From: Gammaproteobacteria bacterium
Lineage (GTDB): Bacteria; Pseudomonadota; Gammaproteobacteria; Eutrophobiales; Eutrophobiaceae
Length of the DNA stretch: 64,000 nt
NCBI GenBank assembly: GCA_965222155.1
Contig: CBDCTH010000012.1
Coordinates: forward strand, 2,240,001-2,304,000
Direction of reading: 5' to 3'
The translations under genes were made by a program, and so were the position numbers. Shown piece by piece: positions 11,130 to 19,688 of the stretch (its first letter is position 1; the number at the start of each line of letters is the position of its first letter). Under the pieces are notes generated by a model. The model did no database searches. It was not told the origin of the DNA and worked only from the letters and a program-made list of their open reading frames with translations.

Positions 11130-11423
11130 ATGCTTGTATTAATCACCTATGACGTGAACCTGACTACTGAACAAGGTGCAAAAAGGCTGAGACAAATCAG
11201 CAAAACCTGTCTGGACTTTGGATTACGGGTGCAATATTCCGTTTTTGAATGTGAAATCACACCAGCACAGTGGGTAGAGTTAAAGGAAGCATTACTGAAC
11301 ATATATGACCCCGATAATGACAGCTTGCGCTTTTATCACTTGGGTTCCAAGTGGAAACGCAAGGTGGAACATTATGGTGCAAAAGGAACGCCGGATCTAC
11401 TAAGGGATACCTTGATCGTGTAA
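11130..11423 (+). CDS. cas2: Cas2
   Basis: MLVLITYDV, RVQYSVFEC, DSLRFYHLG. Confidence 0.97.
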   Translation: MLVLITYDVNLTTEQGAKRLRQISKTCLDFGLRVQYSVFECEITPAQWVELKEALLNIYDPDNDSLRFYHLGSKWKRKVEHYGAKGTPDLLRDTLIV

Positions 11424-11601
11424 CGCCGCTAACCACAGGTTCTCATTATAATCAGGCAGGGTTAGCGTTGGCTTAAGTTTTTGATTTTTCAAGTTTTAGT
11501 TTACTATGAATCGGTAAATTCGGCTCTTTAACAATCTGGATAAGTAGTTCAGCGCATATTCCAAGCTTAATTGTTTTTATTCAATAAGTTAGAATATGGG
11601 A
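11424..11601 (+). promoter_or_regulatory. CRISPR leader
   Basis: AT-rich non-coding 178 bp between cas2 and the first repeat. Confidence 0.8.
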
Positions 11602-13455
11602 GTCGCGCCCCTTCGGGGGCGCGTGGATTGAAACAAATTCATCCATCGACATCTGACTCGATGATTCCCGTCGCGCCCCTTCGGGGGCGCGTGGATTGAA
11701 ACTGACTTATAGCGGCTTTTGACCTTTTCCAGGTCGGTCGCGCCCCTTCGGGGGCGCGTGGATTGAAACTCTACTGTCTTCTCAAACTGCTCCTTGAACA
11801 ACCGTCGCGCCCCTTCGGGGGCGCGTGGATTGAAACAGCCATTTTCTGCTGCTTTTCTTTTTGCTTCTTCGTCGCGCCCCTTCGGGGGCGCGTGGATTGA
11901 AACTTCTTCTATCACGAATTTGCCGTAGTAAGTCATTGTCGCGCCCCTTCGGGGGCGCGTGGATTGAAACTCAATGTGTTGTGGGTTGTATTCCGGTGAT
12001 TGCAGTCGCGCCCCTTCGGGGGCGCGTGGATTGAAACAGTACATTAGCCCAAATATCAAAGGGGACACAATCGTCGCGCCCCTTCGGGGGCGCGTGGATT
12101 GAAACCAGGGACTAGACCAACAGATGAAAGAAGGACTGAGTCGCGCCCCTTCGGGGGCGCGTGGATTGAAACTTCAGTTTCACGTCTTCCGGCATTATCA
12201 TCAGTATTTGTCGCGCCCCTTCGGGGGCGCGTGGATTGAAACAGCACATTAACGGTGCGCGATGACGCGGTCAAAAAGTCGCGCCCCTTCGGGGGCGCGT
12301 GGATTGAAACAGCACACCCCAAACCCAAAGATTTGGCGTGGCCTGTCGCGCCCCTTCGGGGGCGCGTGGATTGAAACCCATCGATTTGCTGTGTCTTGAT
12401 AGTAAGGTTTTGTCGCGCCCCTTCGGGGGCGCGTGGATTGAAACCGTATATTGCTCCTATTTTCCTTAGTCCTTCTTTGTCGCGCCCCTTCGGGGGCGCG
12501 TGGATTGAAACCCCAGGATCCCTGAAGTACCGATTCCAGATACGCAGTCGCGCCCCTTCGGGGGCGCGTGGATTGAAACTTCGCTGATAATAAATGATGA
12601 GTAGTGTGTCATTGTCGCGCCCCTTCGGGGGCGCGTGGATTGAAACCTACGTCTTGTAGTTGTTCTTTCAGTTTTGATAGGTCGCGCCCCTTCGGGGGCG
12701 CGTGGATTGAAACAGCACATTGACGGTAAGAAACGACGCGGTGAAAAGTCGCGCCCCTTCGGGGGCGCGTGGATTGAAACGTTTATGTCGGGCTTTTTGT
12801 TGTCAGGGGTTGACGTCGCGCCCCTTCGGGGGCGCGTGGATTGAAACGCTCACCATCGGGCGGCTGGGCCGTGGCGCTCAAGTCGCGCCCCTTCGGGGGC
12901 GCGTGGATTGAAACCATCGTGGCGTGGTGGACAAACAACCTACTGAGGGTCGCGCCCCTTCGGGGGCGCGTGGATTGAAACGCTCACCATCGGGCGGCTG
13001 GGCCGGGGCGCTCAAGGTCGCGCCCCTTCGGGGGCGCGTGGATTGAAACATGCCCATGACACCAACCAAAGAAGTAATCGATGGTCGCGCCCCTTCGGGG
13101 GCGCGTGGATTGAAACCTAGACCTATTCAAGTAACAAACATAAGCAAACTAGTCGCGCCCCTTCGGGGGCGCGTGGATTGAAACAAACACGCTTGAAAGG
13201 ACGAGCATTTGCCAGAATTGTCGCGCCCCTTCGGGGGCGCGTGGATTGAAACATTGCAGGATTTATGGATGTTTAAAATACCTGAACGTCGCGCCCCTTC
13301 GGGGGCGCGTGGATTGAAACGTTTTCTTGCAAGTAAACTCCACTACTTCTATGTTGTCGCGCCCCTTCGGGGGCGCGTGGATTGAAACATCGTAGCCTTG
13401 TTTTATAAATTCGATCCAGGTCGTCGCGCCCCTTCGGGGGCGCGTGGATTGAAAC
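11602..13455 (+). CRISPR. Type I-C array: 28 identical 33-bp repeats GTCGCGCCCCTTCGGGGGCGCGTGGATTGAAAC, 27 complete spacers (34-37 bp), followed by a 30-bp partial spacer (13456-13485)
   Basis: Counted directly; 8-bp stem CGCGCCCC/GGGGCGCG with TTCG loop and ATTGAAAC 3' end typical of I-C. Confidence 0.99.
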
Positions 13456-13588
13456 TGTTGATTTTGGAAATATCATTAGTTATACTGCGTATTTCACTGA
13501 ATCCTGCCACCCGTTTCACGTGAAGGCTGCCACCCGGAACGCAGCAAAGCTGCCACCCCCAGGCGCGTGATGACGTGGGTGTTGGTCA

Positions 13589-14347
13589 TTATGACTCTGT
13601 TGGGGTCATCGTCGTCAATGTTTTTTTCTGTTTTCGCATGGATTCACCCTTGAGTTGTATTTTGTAAGCATTGTGCACCAGGCGGTCAAGGATGGCATCG
13701 GCGAGGGTGGGGTCGCCGATGCTGTGATGCCATTTTTCGGCCGGTAATTGACTGGTAGCGAGGGTGGAGCGTGCGCCGTGGCGGTCTTCCAGGATTTCCA
13801 GCAGGTCACGGCGCTGCTCTGCGTTCAATTTGACCAGGCCCCAGTCATCGAGGATGAGGGCCTGGGTTTTTGCCAGGGTGGTGAGGAGCTTGGGATAGCG
13901 TCCATCGCCCTTGGCGATGGACAGGTCCTGGAGGAGTCTGGGCAGGCGCAGGTAGAGGGCGGTGTAGCCGTGCCGGCAGGCGTTGTGTGCCAGGGCACAG
14001 GCGAGCCAGGTTTTGCCGACGCCGGTGGGGCCGGTGATGAGGATATTGAGGTGTTCGCGGACCCACTGGCAGGTGGCCAGTGATTGCATCAGGGATTTAT
14101 CCAGTCCGCGCGGGGGGCGATAGTCGATATCCTCCAGGGTGGCATTGTGTTTGAGGCGGGCGCGTCGCAGCCGGTTGGACAGGCGTCGGTTGTCCCGTTC
14201 GGTTATCTCCCGGTCGACGAGCAGGCCGAGGCGTTCCTCGAAGCTGAGGGTATCGATATCGGGCACGGACATCTGCTCGGTGAGGGCGGCAGCCATACCG
14301 GTGCATTTCAAGGTCTGGAGTTTGTCCAGGGTGGGATGTATCAACAT
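13589..14347 (-). CDS. istB: IS21 helper ATPase IstB
   Basis: GPTGVGKT, LILDDWG, ADAILDRLVHNA. Confidence 0.95.
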   Translation of the reverse strand: MLIHPTLDKLQTLKCTGMAAALTEQMSVPDIDTLSFEERLGLLVDREITERDNRRLSNRLRRARLKHNATLEDIDYRPPRGLDKSLMQSLATCQWVREHLNILITGPTGVGKTWLACALAHNACRHGYTALYLRLPRLLQDLSIAKGDGRYPKLLTTLAKTQALILDDWGLVKLNAEQRRDLLEILEDRHGARSTLATSQLPAEKWHHSIGDPTLADAILDRLVHNAYKIQLKGESMRKQKKTLTTMTPTES

Positions 14348-14366
14348 AGCAGTCTCCTGTCGTGGG

Positions 14367-15908
14367 TCAGTGGTAGTAGGATGGGCCACGGATATTGTCG
14401 TGGTCATCAGGTAAGGCCGCCTCGGTCTGCTCGGCGAGGGGTTGCCGGTCCAGGCCGTGGCGGAGGATGGATTCGATACTTTTGTAACTGTGGCTGCCCA
14501 GGGTGAGGGCGCGTTGGCAGGCGGCCTCCAGCCGGTCGTCGCCGTAGGTTTTAGCCAGGCGCAGGATCCCTAAGCAACTGCGGTAGGCCTGCTGGGGGTG
14601 CTTGCGGGCAGACAGGACACGGAGGATAAGGGTTTCTGTGGCCGGCCCGACCGGCGCGGCCCAGCGGCCCAGGCGTTGCGGGGACCACTCGCCGGCCTGG
14701 CGGTGCGCCTCGGGCATGTGGGCCGGGACGGTGGTATGACGTGCCTTATGATACGAGCGTCGATGGCTGGCGATGCGCTGGCCGCGATGAAAGCATTCAA
14801 TGGTGTTGGCGGTGATGCGCACGTCCAGTTGTTTTTTGATGAGCGCGTGGGGCACGGAGTAGTAATGGCCATGGACCTCGATGTGATAGTCGATATGGAC
14901 CCGCGCCTGCTTCCACTCGGCGTATTCGTACGCTTCGACGGGCAGGGGCCGCAGGGCCGGTTTATCCAGTTGCTCAAACAGCGCGCGCCGGGTGCCCGGC
15001 AGTTTCTTGAAGGGCCGGTTGTTGAGCGTCTCCAGCAACGCCCGGATGGCGCGGTTCAACTCGGCCAGGGAGAAGCACTGACGCTGGCGCAGGGCGGCGA
15101 GGATCCAGCGCTCTACCACCTGTACCGCGACCTCGGCTTTCGCTTTGTCACGGGGACGACGCACCCGTGCCGGGACAATGGCGACCCCGTAATGGGTGGC
15201 CAGGTCCTGGCAGGTGGGGTTGATGTCCGGCTCATAGCGATGCGCCTTGCTGACCCCGGCGCGTAAATTATCCGGCACCACCACTTCAGGCACACCGCCC
15301 AGGTAGGTAAAACAGCGCACGTGGGCGCCGATCCAATCTTCCAGGCCCTGGCTCCAGGTGGCCTCGGCATAGGTGTAGTTCGACGCGCCCAGCGCTGCCA
15401 CAAACACCTCTGCCTCACGGACTTCCCCGGTTGCCGGGTTGATGACCTGAGCACGCATACCGGCATAATCCACGAACAGCTTCTCACCGGCCCGGTGCTC
15501 CTGGCGCATGACCAGATCCAGCTTGCCACGCCACGTCCGATAATGCTGGCAGAACCAGGTGTACTGATAGCCTTGCGGGTGAGTCTGGCGATACTCATGC
15601 CATAACAACTGCAAGGTGACGCCCGGGCGTTTCAACTCCCGATGAATGTGTGACCAATCGGGCACGCCGCGGGCCGCGGCGGGTACAGCTGGGGCGGGCG
15701 GAAACAGCAGACGCTCCAGCGCCCCGTCATCCAGCGCCGCAGGCAGCGGCCAACCCAGCCCGGCCGCCTCGGCCCGGCGCAGGTACTCATCCACCGCCGG
15801 ACGGGAAATGCCACAACTCCTGGCTGTCTGGCGTTTGCTCAGGCCCTGGCTCCAGCACAGGCGTAATACGTCTTTTATCTTTCTCATGGACAACCTCTTT
15901 GCAGGCAT
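14367..15908 (-). CDS. istA: IS21 transposase IstA
   Basis: N-terminal HTH, FVDYAG, VPDNL, RDKAKAE, C-terminal HDNIRGPSYYH. Confidence 0.95.
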   Translation of the reverse strand: MPAKRLSMRKIKDVLRLCWSQGLSKRQTARSCGISRPAVDEYLRRAEAAGLGWPLPAALDDGALERLLFPPAPAVPAAARGVPDWSHIHRELKRPGVTLQLLWHEYRQTHPQGYQYTWFCQHYRTWRGKLDLVMRQEHRAGEKLFVDYAGMRAQVINPATGEVREAEVFVAALGASNYTYAEATWSQGLEDWIGAHVRCFTYLGGVPEVVVPDNLRAGVSKAHRYEPDINPTCQDLATHYGVAIVPARVRRPRDKAKAEVAVQVVERWILAALRQRQCFSLAELNRAIRALLETLNNRPFKKLPGTRRALFEQLDKPALRPLPVEAYEYAEWKQARVHIDYHIEVHGHYYSVPHALIKKQLDVRITANTIECFHRGQRIASHRRSYHKARHTTVPAHMPEAHRQAGEWSPQRLGRWAAPVGPATETLILRVLSARKHPQQAYRSCLGILRLAKTYGDDRLEAACQRALTLGSHSYKSIESILRHGLDRQPLAEQTEAALPDDHDNIRGPSYYH

Positions 15909-16044
15909 CTGTGTCTCCTCCTTTCAGTAGAAATAAGGACACAGGATACCCTTGGTTATCCACGTCAAACGCGCCGGTTATCTACCTCCTTGGGGGTGGC
16001 AGCTTTGCCGTGTAATGGGTGGCAGCTTTGCTGTGAAATACGCA

Positions 16045-16092
16045 CCACGAGGGCAGGATGTCCTCGGTCCCGGGAGTTAGCGGGAACTGCTG
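16045..16092 (+). repeat. Right portion of a MITE-like repeat (fuller copy at 36736-36917)
   Basis: CCACGAGGGCAGGATG.CCTCG.TCCCGGG.GTTAG.GGGAACTGCTG matches 36870-36917 and the reverse complement at ~30594-30635. Confidence 0.75.
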
Positions 16093-16174
16093 ATAAAACG
16101 CCACTATTTTCCCGGTGGATCGTTGAGGTAACTCAAACACCATTTATACAGACATACCTGTTTCCGTCGGGTCG

Positions 16175-17467
16175 TTATATCAACCAATAGGGCCAATAGA
16201 GAATCCTGTTCCTTTTATCCCAGTAAGGTAGTCCACCATAAGCGACAATGCCGAAGGCAACGCCATGGCTCAGGATAAAATCGACAAGTAATGAGGTATC
16301 AACCTGGCTGCGGTCGATGCCGGCTTTGGCCTCCAGCGGGATCATCCGCTTGCCCGTGCTTATCACGAAATCAATTTCTCCGGCCCCGTATTTAACCTTT
16401 TTATTGGCGTCTATGGTGAATGGCTTGTAGTAGTTGATTTGGGTTTTCAAGGCTTTTAACTGCAAAATCTGCCTGAGTCTGTTGTGCAGATATCCCTCCA
16501 CACGAAAGCCTCTTTCCGTATCACTTTCCAGCAGCCCCTCACCGGTTAAATAAGTGACAATGCCCGGGTCGATATAGGAAAAATTGTTGAGGTAGGAGCG
16601 ACGCTCTTCACCGATTAGAAGCGGTTTCTTTTTAAGCAGGTAACCCTGGTTGATAAGGGCGTCAATGACCTTGTTGATTTGGTCTCGTCTTCTTAAGCCG
16701 GTTCTTTGGAAAACTCCCTGGTAGGCAAATTCCTTGGAGTCCAGCCTGGCCAATTCCAGTTTAATCGTATCCGTAGTGGTTTCATTATTGACAGACATAA
16801 GTTCAAAACCACGCTCAACGATTTTACGTATTTCCACCAGTCCGGCGTCATTATCCTGCGCAAGGTAGACCAGGGGGAAACCACCATAGCACAGGTAGTC
16901 GGCTATGATCCGCTTGATGCCTTCATTAAGATCCAGGGGTATTTCCACGTCTCGCCCGTTTTGCCAATTGAACAACACATCTCGGAATTGCCGAACCCAT
17001 TCCGGTTCCACCATGTTTTCATGACAGAGGATTTCTCCGAGAGAGAAAGGCGCCAGGTTCCAGAGATCGGCCCGGCGTTGCAACCTCTTTTTGGCCTCCG
17101 TTTGCAGAAAAGCAGGGTTGGAACCGGAAATGATGAAGGACGCGCCGGTATGATCGAAGGCATATTTTACTGCATCGAAAATGAGTTCTGATTTTTGCAC
17201 TTCATCGATGAAAATGAGGGCGGGCCAAGTGGTCTGCGCGCTGACCTGCTCGTGCAGGTAGCGGGTATTCCAGGCTACGGCTTGGCGGAATTGCACGTCG
17301 TCCCCAGTATAGGAAAAGATCCGAAAGTCGTTTTCCAGCTTTTTCAGGACATGTTTAATGAGCGTCGTCTTGCCGGAACCGACTGTTCCGGCCAATATAA
17401 GCCCGGAGGGAGAATCCGGATTGAAAAAACGCAACAAATTCCCTTGTAATTCACGAGTTATGTACAT
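16175..17467 (-). CDS. AAA+ ATPase, COG1373-like (AAA_14 + DUF4143-like)
   Basis: GTVGSGKTT, FIDEVQ, ISGS, YGGFP, EIDFV...LEAK. Confidence 0.85.
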   Translation of the reverse strand: MYITRELQGNLLRFFNPDSPSGLILAGTVGSGKTTLIKHVLKKLENDFRIFSYTGDDVQFRQAVAWNTRYLHEQVSAQTTWPALIFIDEVQKSELIFDAVKYAFDHTGASFIISGSNPAFLQTEAKKRLQRRADLWNLAPFSLGEILCHENMVEPEWVRQFRDVLFNWQNGRDVEIPLDLNEGIKRIIADYLCYGGFPLVYLAQDNDAGLVEIRKIVERGFELMSVNNETTTDTIKLELARLDSKEFAYQGVFQRTGLRRRDQINKVIDALINQGYLLKKKPLLIGEERRSYLNNFSYIDPGIVTYLTGEGLLESDTERGFRVEGYLHNRLRQILQLKALKTQINYYKPFTIDANKKVKYGAGEIDFVISTGKRMIPLEAKAGIDRSQVDTSLLVDFILSHGVAFGIVAYGGLPYWDKRNRILYWPYWLI

Positions 17468-17472
17468 GATAA

Positions 17473-17534
17473 GAGATTTTACTGAATTTTTTGAAAAATC
17501 TCCAGAGATTTTACCCCATGTTTCGTAGAATCTC
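17473..17534. promoter_or_regulatory. Two tandem 30-bp imperfect palindromes upstream of the ATPase
   Basis: GAGATTTTAC-N10-GAAAAATCTC and GAGATTTTAC-N10-GTAGAATCTC, 32-bp period. Confidence 0.6.
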
Positions 17535-17579
17535 CGAGGGTTCGTCCTGGTGATTTATGGTGTGATTATTCGTGGGTAA

Positions 17580-17608
17580 GTGTTCCCCACCCGTGTGGGG
17601 ATGAACCG
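17580..17608 (+). CRISPR. Solitary type I-E-like CRISPR repeat
   Basis: GTGTTCCCCACCCGTGTGGGGATGAACCG, 29 bp, fits the I-E consensus; no second copy in the window. Confidence 0.85.
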
Positions 17609-17656
17609 TTGTTTTTGTCTTTCTGATGTTCTATACTTTTTCTACGGAGCTATACC

Positions 17657-18154
17657 ATGACATATCTACTTCAATTCCTCGATTCCCTTGCCTCCAACGG
17701 CGCCAATATTTTAATTATCGGCTTGTTGATATGGCATACCGTCGATATGCATTGGATTAAGAAATCCTTGCAGGATATGGACAAAAGCATCAAAAGTCTC
17801 GACTCAAAACTCAGCACCCGTATCGACAATTCTGACTCAAACCTCAGCGCCCGTATCGACAATTCTGATTCAAAACTCGACACCCGTATCGACAGTCTTG
17901 ACTCAAAACTCGACACCCGTATCGACAGTCTTGACTCAAAACTCAACACCCGTATCGACAGTCTTGACTCAAAACTCAACACCCGTATCGACAGTCTTGA
18001 CTCAAAACTCGACACCCATATCGACAGTCTTGACTCAAAACTCAACACAATGAGTGACAAAGTTTCAACCCTTGAAGGATCGGTAAACACGCTGATTCAG
18101 CTACAACAATACAAACAACCTCCCAAGTCACAACGAACCGGCACTGACGGTTAA
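17657..18154 (+). CDS. Membrane-anchored coiled-coil protein with 11-aa tandem repeats (Bdr/KID-like)
   Basis: N-terminal hydrophobic segment followed by ~7-8 copies of SLDSKL(D/N)TRID. Confidence 0.7.
   Translation: MTYLLQFLDSLASNGANILIIGLLIWHTVDMHWIKKSLQDMDKSIKSLDSKLSTRIDNSDSNLSARIDNSDSKLDTRIDSLDSKLDTRIDSLDSKLNTRIDSLDSKLNTRIDSLDSKLDTHIDSLDSKLNTMSDKVSTLEGSVNTLIQLQQYKQPPKSQRTGTDG
17795..18049 (+). repeat. 33-bp in-frame tandem repeat (~7.5 copies)
   Basis: Unit AGTCTTGACTCAAAACTC(G/A)ACACCCGTATCGAC. Confidence 0.95.
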
Positions 18155-18390
18155 CCCGATCTTCCCTTTTTTTCGACTGGATGTCCTTGTTTCGCAACAT
18201 GATTGACAAAAAGATCAAGTTTTCAAGCAGCGCTTTTTGCGCATTGTATCTGCTCCTCAATGATTTTCTCCACCCAGTATTTTCCAATATGAAATGAGCC
18301 TGAAGGAGGGACGTGATGGCTTGTCTCTTATTTACTGAGCCCGGACAAGCGCAGATTGTCAGTCTGTACCGGGCGCGCTATACTCAGTAC

Positions 18391-19530
18391 ATGAACGCTT
18401 CCTCGGACCCATTCCTGTTTCAGCCGGGCGCTGGTAAGCTTCCGCCCTATCTGGCCGGGCGCGAGCGCGAACAAACCGTACTCCGGCAGTTTCTGGGTTC
18501 AGTGCAGGCGGGCAACGGCCCACCCGGCGACGTGGCGCTGATCGGGCCCCGAGGTAACGGCAAGACCGCGCTCATGCGTTGGTTCGAGAACGAATGCATC
18601 CAATTCGACGCGACGGACGTGGTGTGGCTGACTCCCAGCTCTATCCCGGATGTGGCTGGGCTGGCAACGCGATTGGCGCCTCCCAGGCGATTTCAGCACC
18701 TGCTGCCGGATTTAGTGACGGTCGGAATCGGCGGCACGCGTGCGACATGGGACCTGAGCAATGCCCCCGGTTCCCTGGCCGAGCTGTTGACTGCACGTTG
18801 CAAGGCCAGCCCCTTGGTGTTGTTGCTGGACGAGGCCCACAGCTTGGACACAGATATCGGTCAGGCGCTATTGAATGCCAGTCAGGACGCGCGGGCCAAG
18901 GCCCCGTTTCTGCTGGTGCTGGCCGGCACCCCCAACCTGCCGGCGCAGTTCAACGCCATGGGCGCAACGTTCTGGAATCGCGCGAAGAAACTGGGTATCG
19001 GCCGGCTGGACGAGACGGCCACGGCTGAGGCCCTGGTACGACCGCTGGCCGACGAAGGGGTACGCCTGAGTAAAGCGGCCCTGTCCCAGGTGGTGGCCGA
19101 GAGTCAATGCTACCCGTACTTTATCCAGCTCTGGGGGCATGCCCTGTGGACGGAGGCACGAAACCGAGGTGCGGCTTACATCGACCTGCCGCTGGTGGAG
19201 ACGGCCCGTCCGGCCTTTACTGAGGAGCAGAACAACTACTACCAGAACCGCTACGAGGAGTTGCATCGACAAGGGCTGCTTGTCGTGGCGGCCCGGGTCG
19301 CCGCGGCCTGGCGCGGTCAGGCCACGCTGCCGGACCACGTGCTGGAGGCCGTCATCGCCCGGGACGGCGGAGGAAACGACATGGCGCTGGATCTGTTGGA
19401 CCAGTTGAGGGATCTGGGCTATGTATGGAAACCTTCAGGCAGCGCCACCCTCTGGGAACCCGGCATCCCTAGCCTGCTGGACTATGTGCAGACAAATGCA
19501 CCCCCAAACGAATCCGTTTCTGCTCCATGA
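18391..19530 (+). CDS. AAA ATPase (AAA_16-like), paralogue of 35530-36681
   Basis: PGAG..PPYLAGRE, GPRGNGKT, LLLDEAH, YPYFIQLWG; TATACT 6 nt before ATG suggests a leaderless start. Confidence 0.8.
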   Translation: MNASSDPFLFQPGAGKLPPYLAGREREQTVLRQFLGSVQAGNGPPGDVALIGPRGNGKTALMRWFENECIQFDATDVVWLTPSSIPDVAGLATRLAPPRRFQHLLPDLVTVGIGGTRATWDLSNAPGSLAELLTARCKASPLVLLLDEAHSLDTDIGQALLNASQDARAKAPFLLVLAGTPNLPAQFNAMGATFWNRAKKLGIGRLDETATAEALVRPLADEGVRLSKAALSQVVAESQCYPYFIQLWGHALWTEARNRGAAYIDLPLVETARPAFTEEQNNYYQNRYEELHRQGLLVVAARVAAAWRGQATLPDHVLEAVIARDGGGNDMALDLLDQLRDLGYVWKPSGSATLWEPGIPSLLDYVQTNAPPNESVSAP

Positions 19531-19570
19531 TAATGGCTTCATCCTTGATCGGGCAGGCAATGTAACAGGG

Positions 19571-19688
19571 GAATCAATGGGGTCAGACTCGATTGATTTT
19601 TCTGCCTGCGAAAGTTTACCCCTGTATGCTGTTGAGCAGGGGCAAGAATCTAATGAGCTAAATTAATCGAGTCTGACCCCATTGATTT
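19571..19688. repeat. REP-like inverted pair AATCAATGGGGTCAGACTCGATT
   Basis: Arms at ~19572-19594 and ~19665-19687 between convergent genes; the right arm forms the end of tag. Confidence 0.7.

Larger units (their letters stand above)
13486..16044 (-). mobile_element. IS21-family insertion sequence (2559 bp)
   Basis: Terminal IRs TGCGTATTTCAC / GTGAAATACGCA, subterminal CTGCCACC repeats, istA + istB. Confidence 0.95.

Noticed and set aside
11837-12478. Short matches of spacer 4 to the cas3 start and spacer 13 to the cas7 RBS region (possible self-regulation)
   Set aside because: Only ~9 contiguous nt; no TTC PAM at the spacer 4 match, and the spacer 13 match is PAM-distal
11589-13476. Multiple ORFs with FQSTRPRRGAT / VSIHAPPKGRD repeats
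   Set aside because: Translations of the CRISPR repeats
17609-17640. T-rich sequence after the solitary I-E repeat loosely resembles the reverse complement of the cas3 upstream region (~2815-2850)
   Set aside because: Low-complexity, mismatched in the seed, and the wrong subtype for the I-C Cascade; consistent with chance
17795-18049. 33-bp periodicity equal to the CRISPR repeat length, as a possible cryptic array
   Set aside because: Pure tandem in-frame repeat without spacers; encodes a coiled coil
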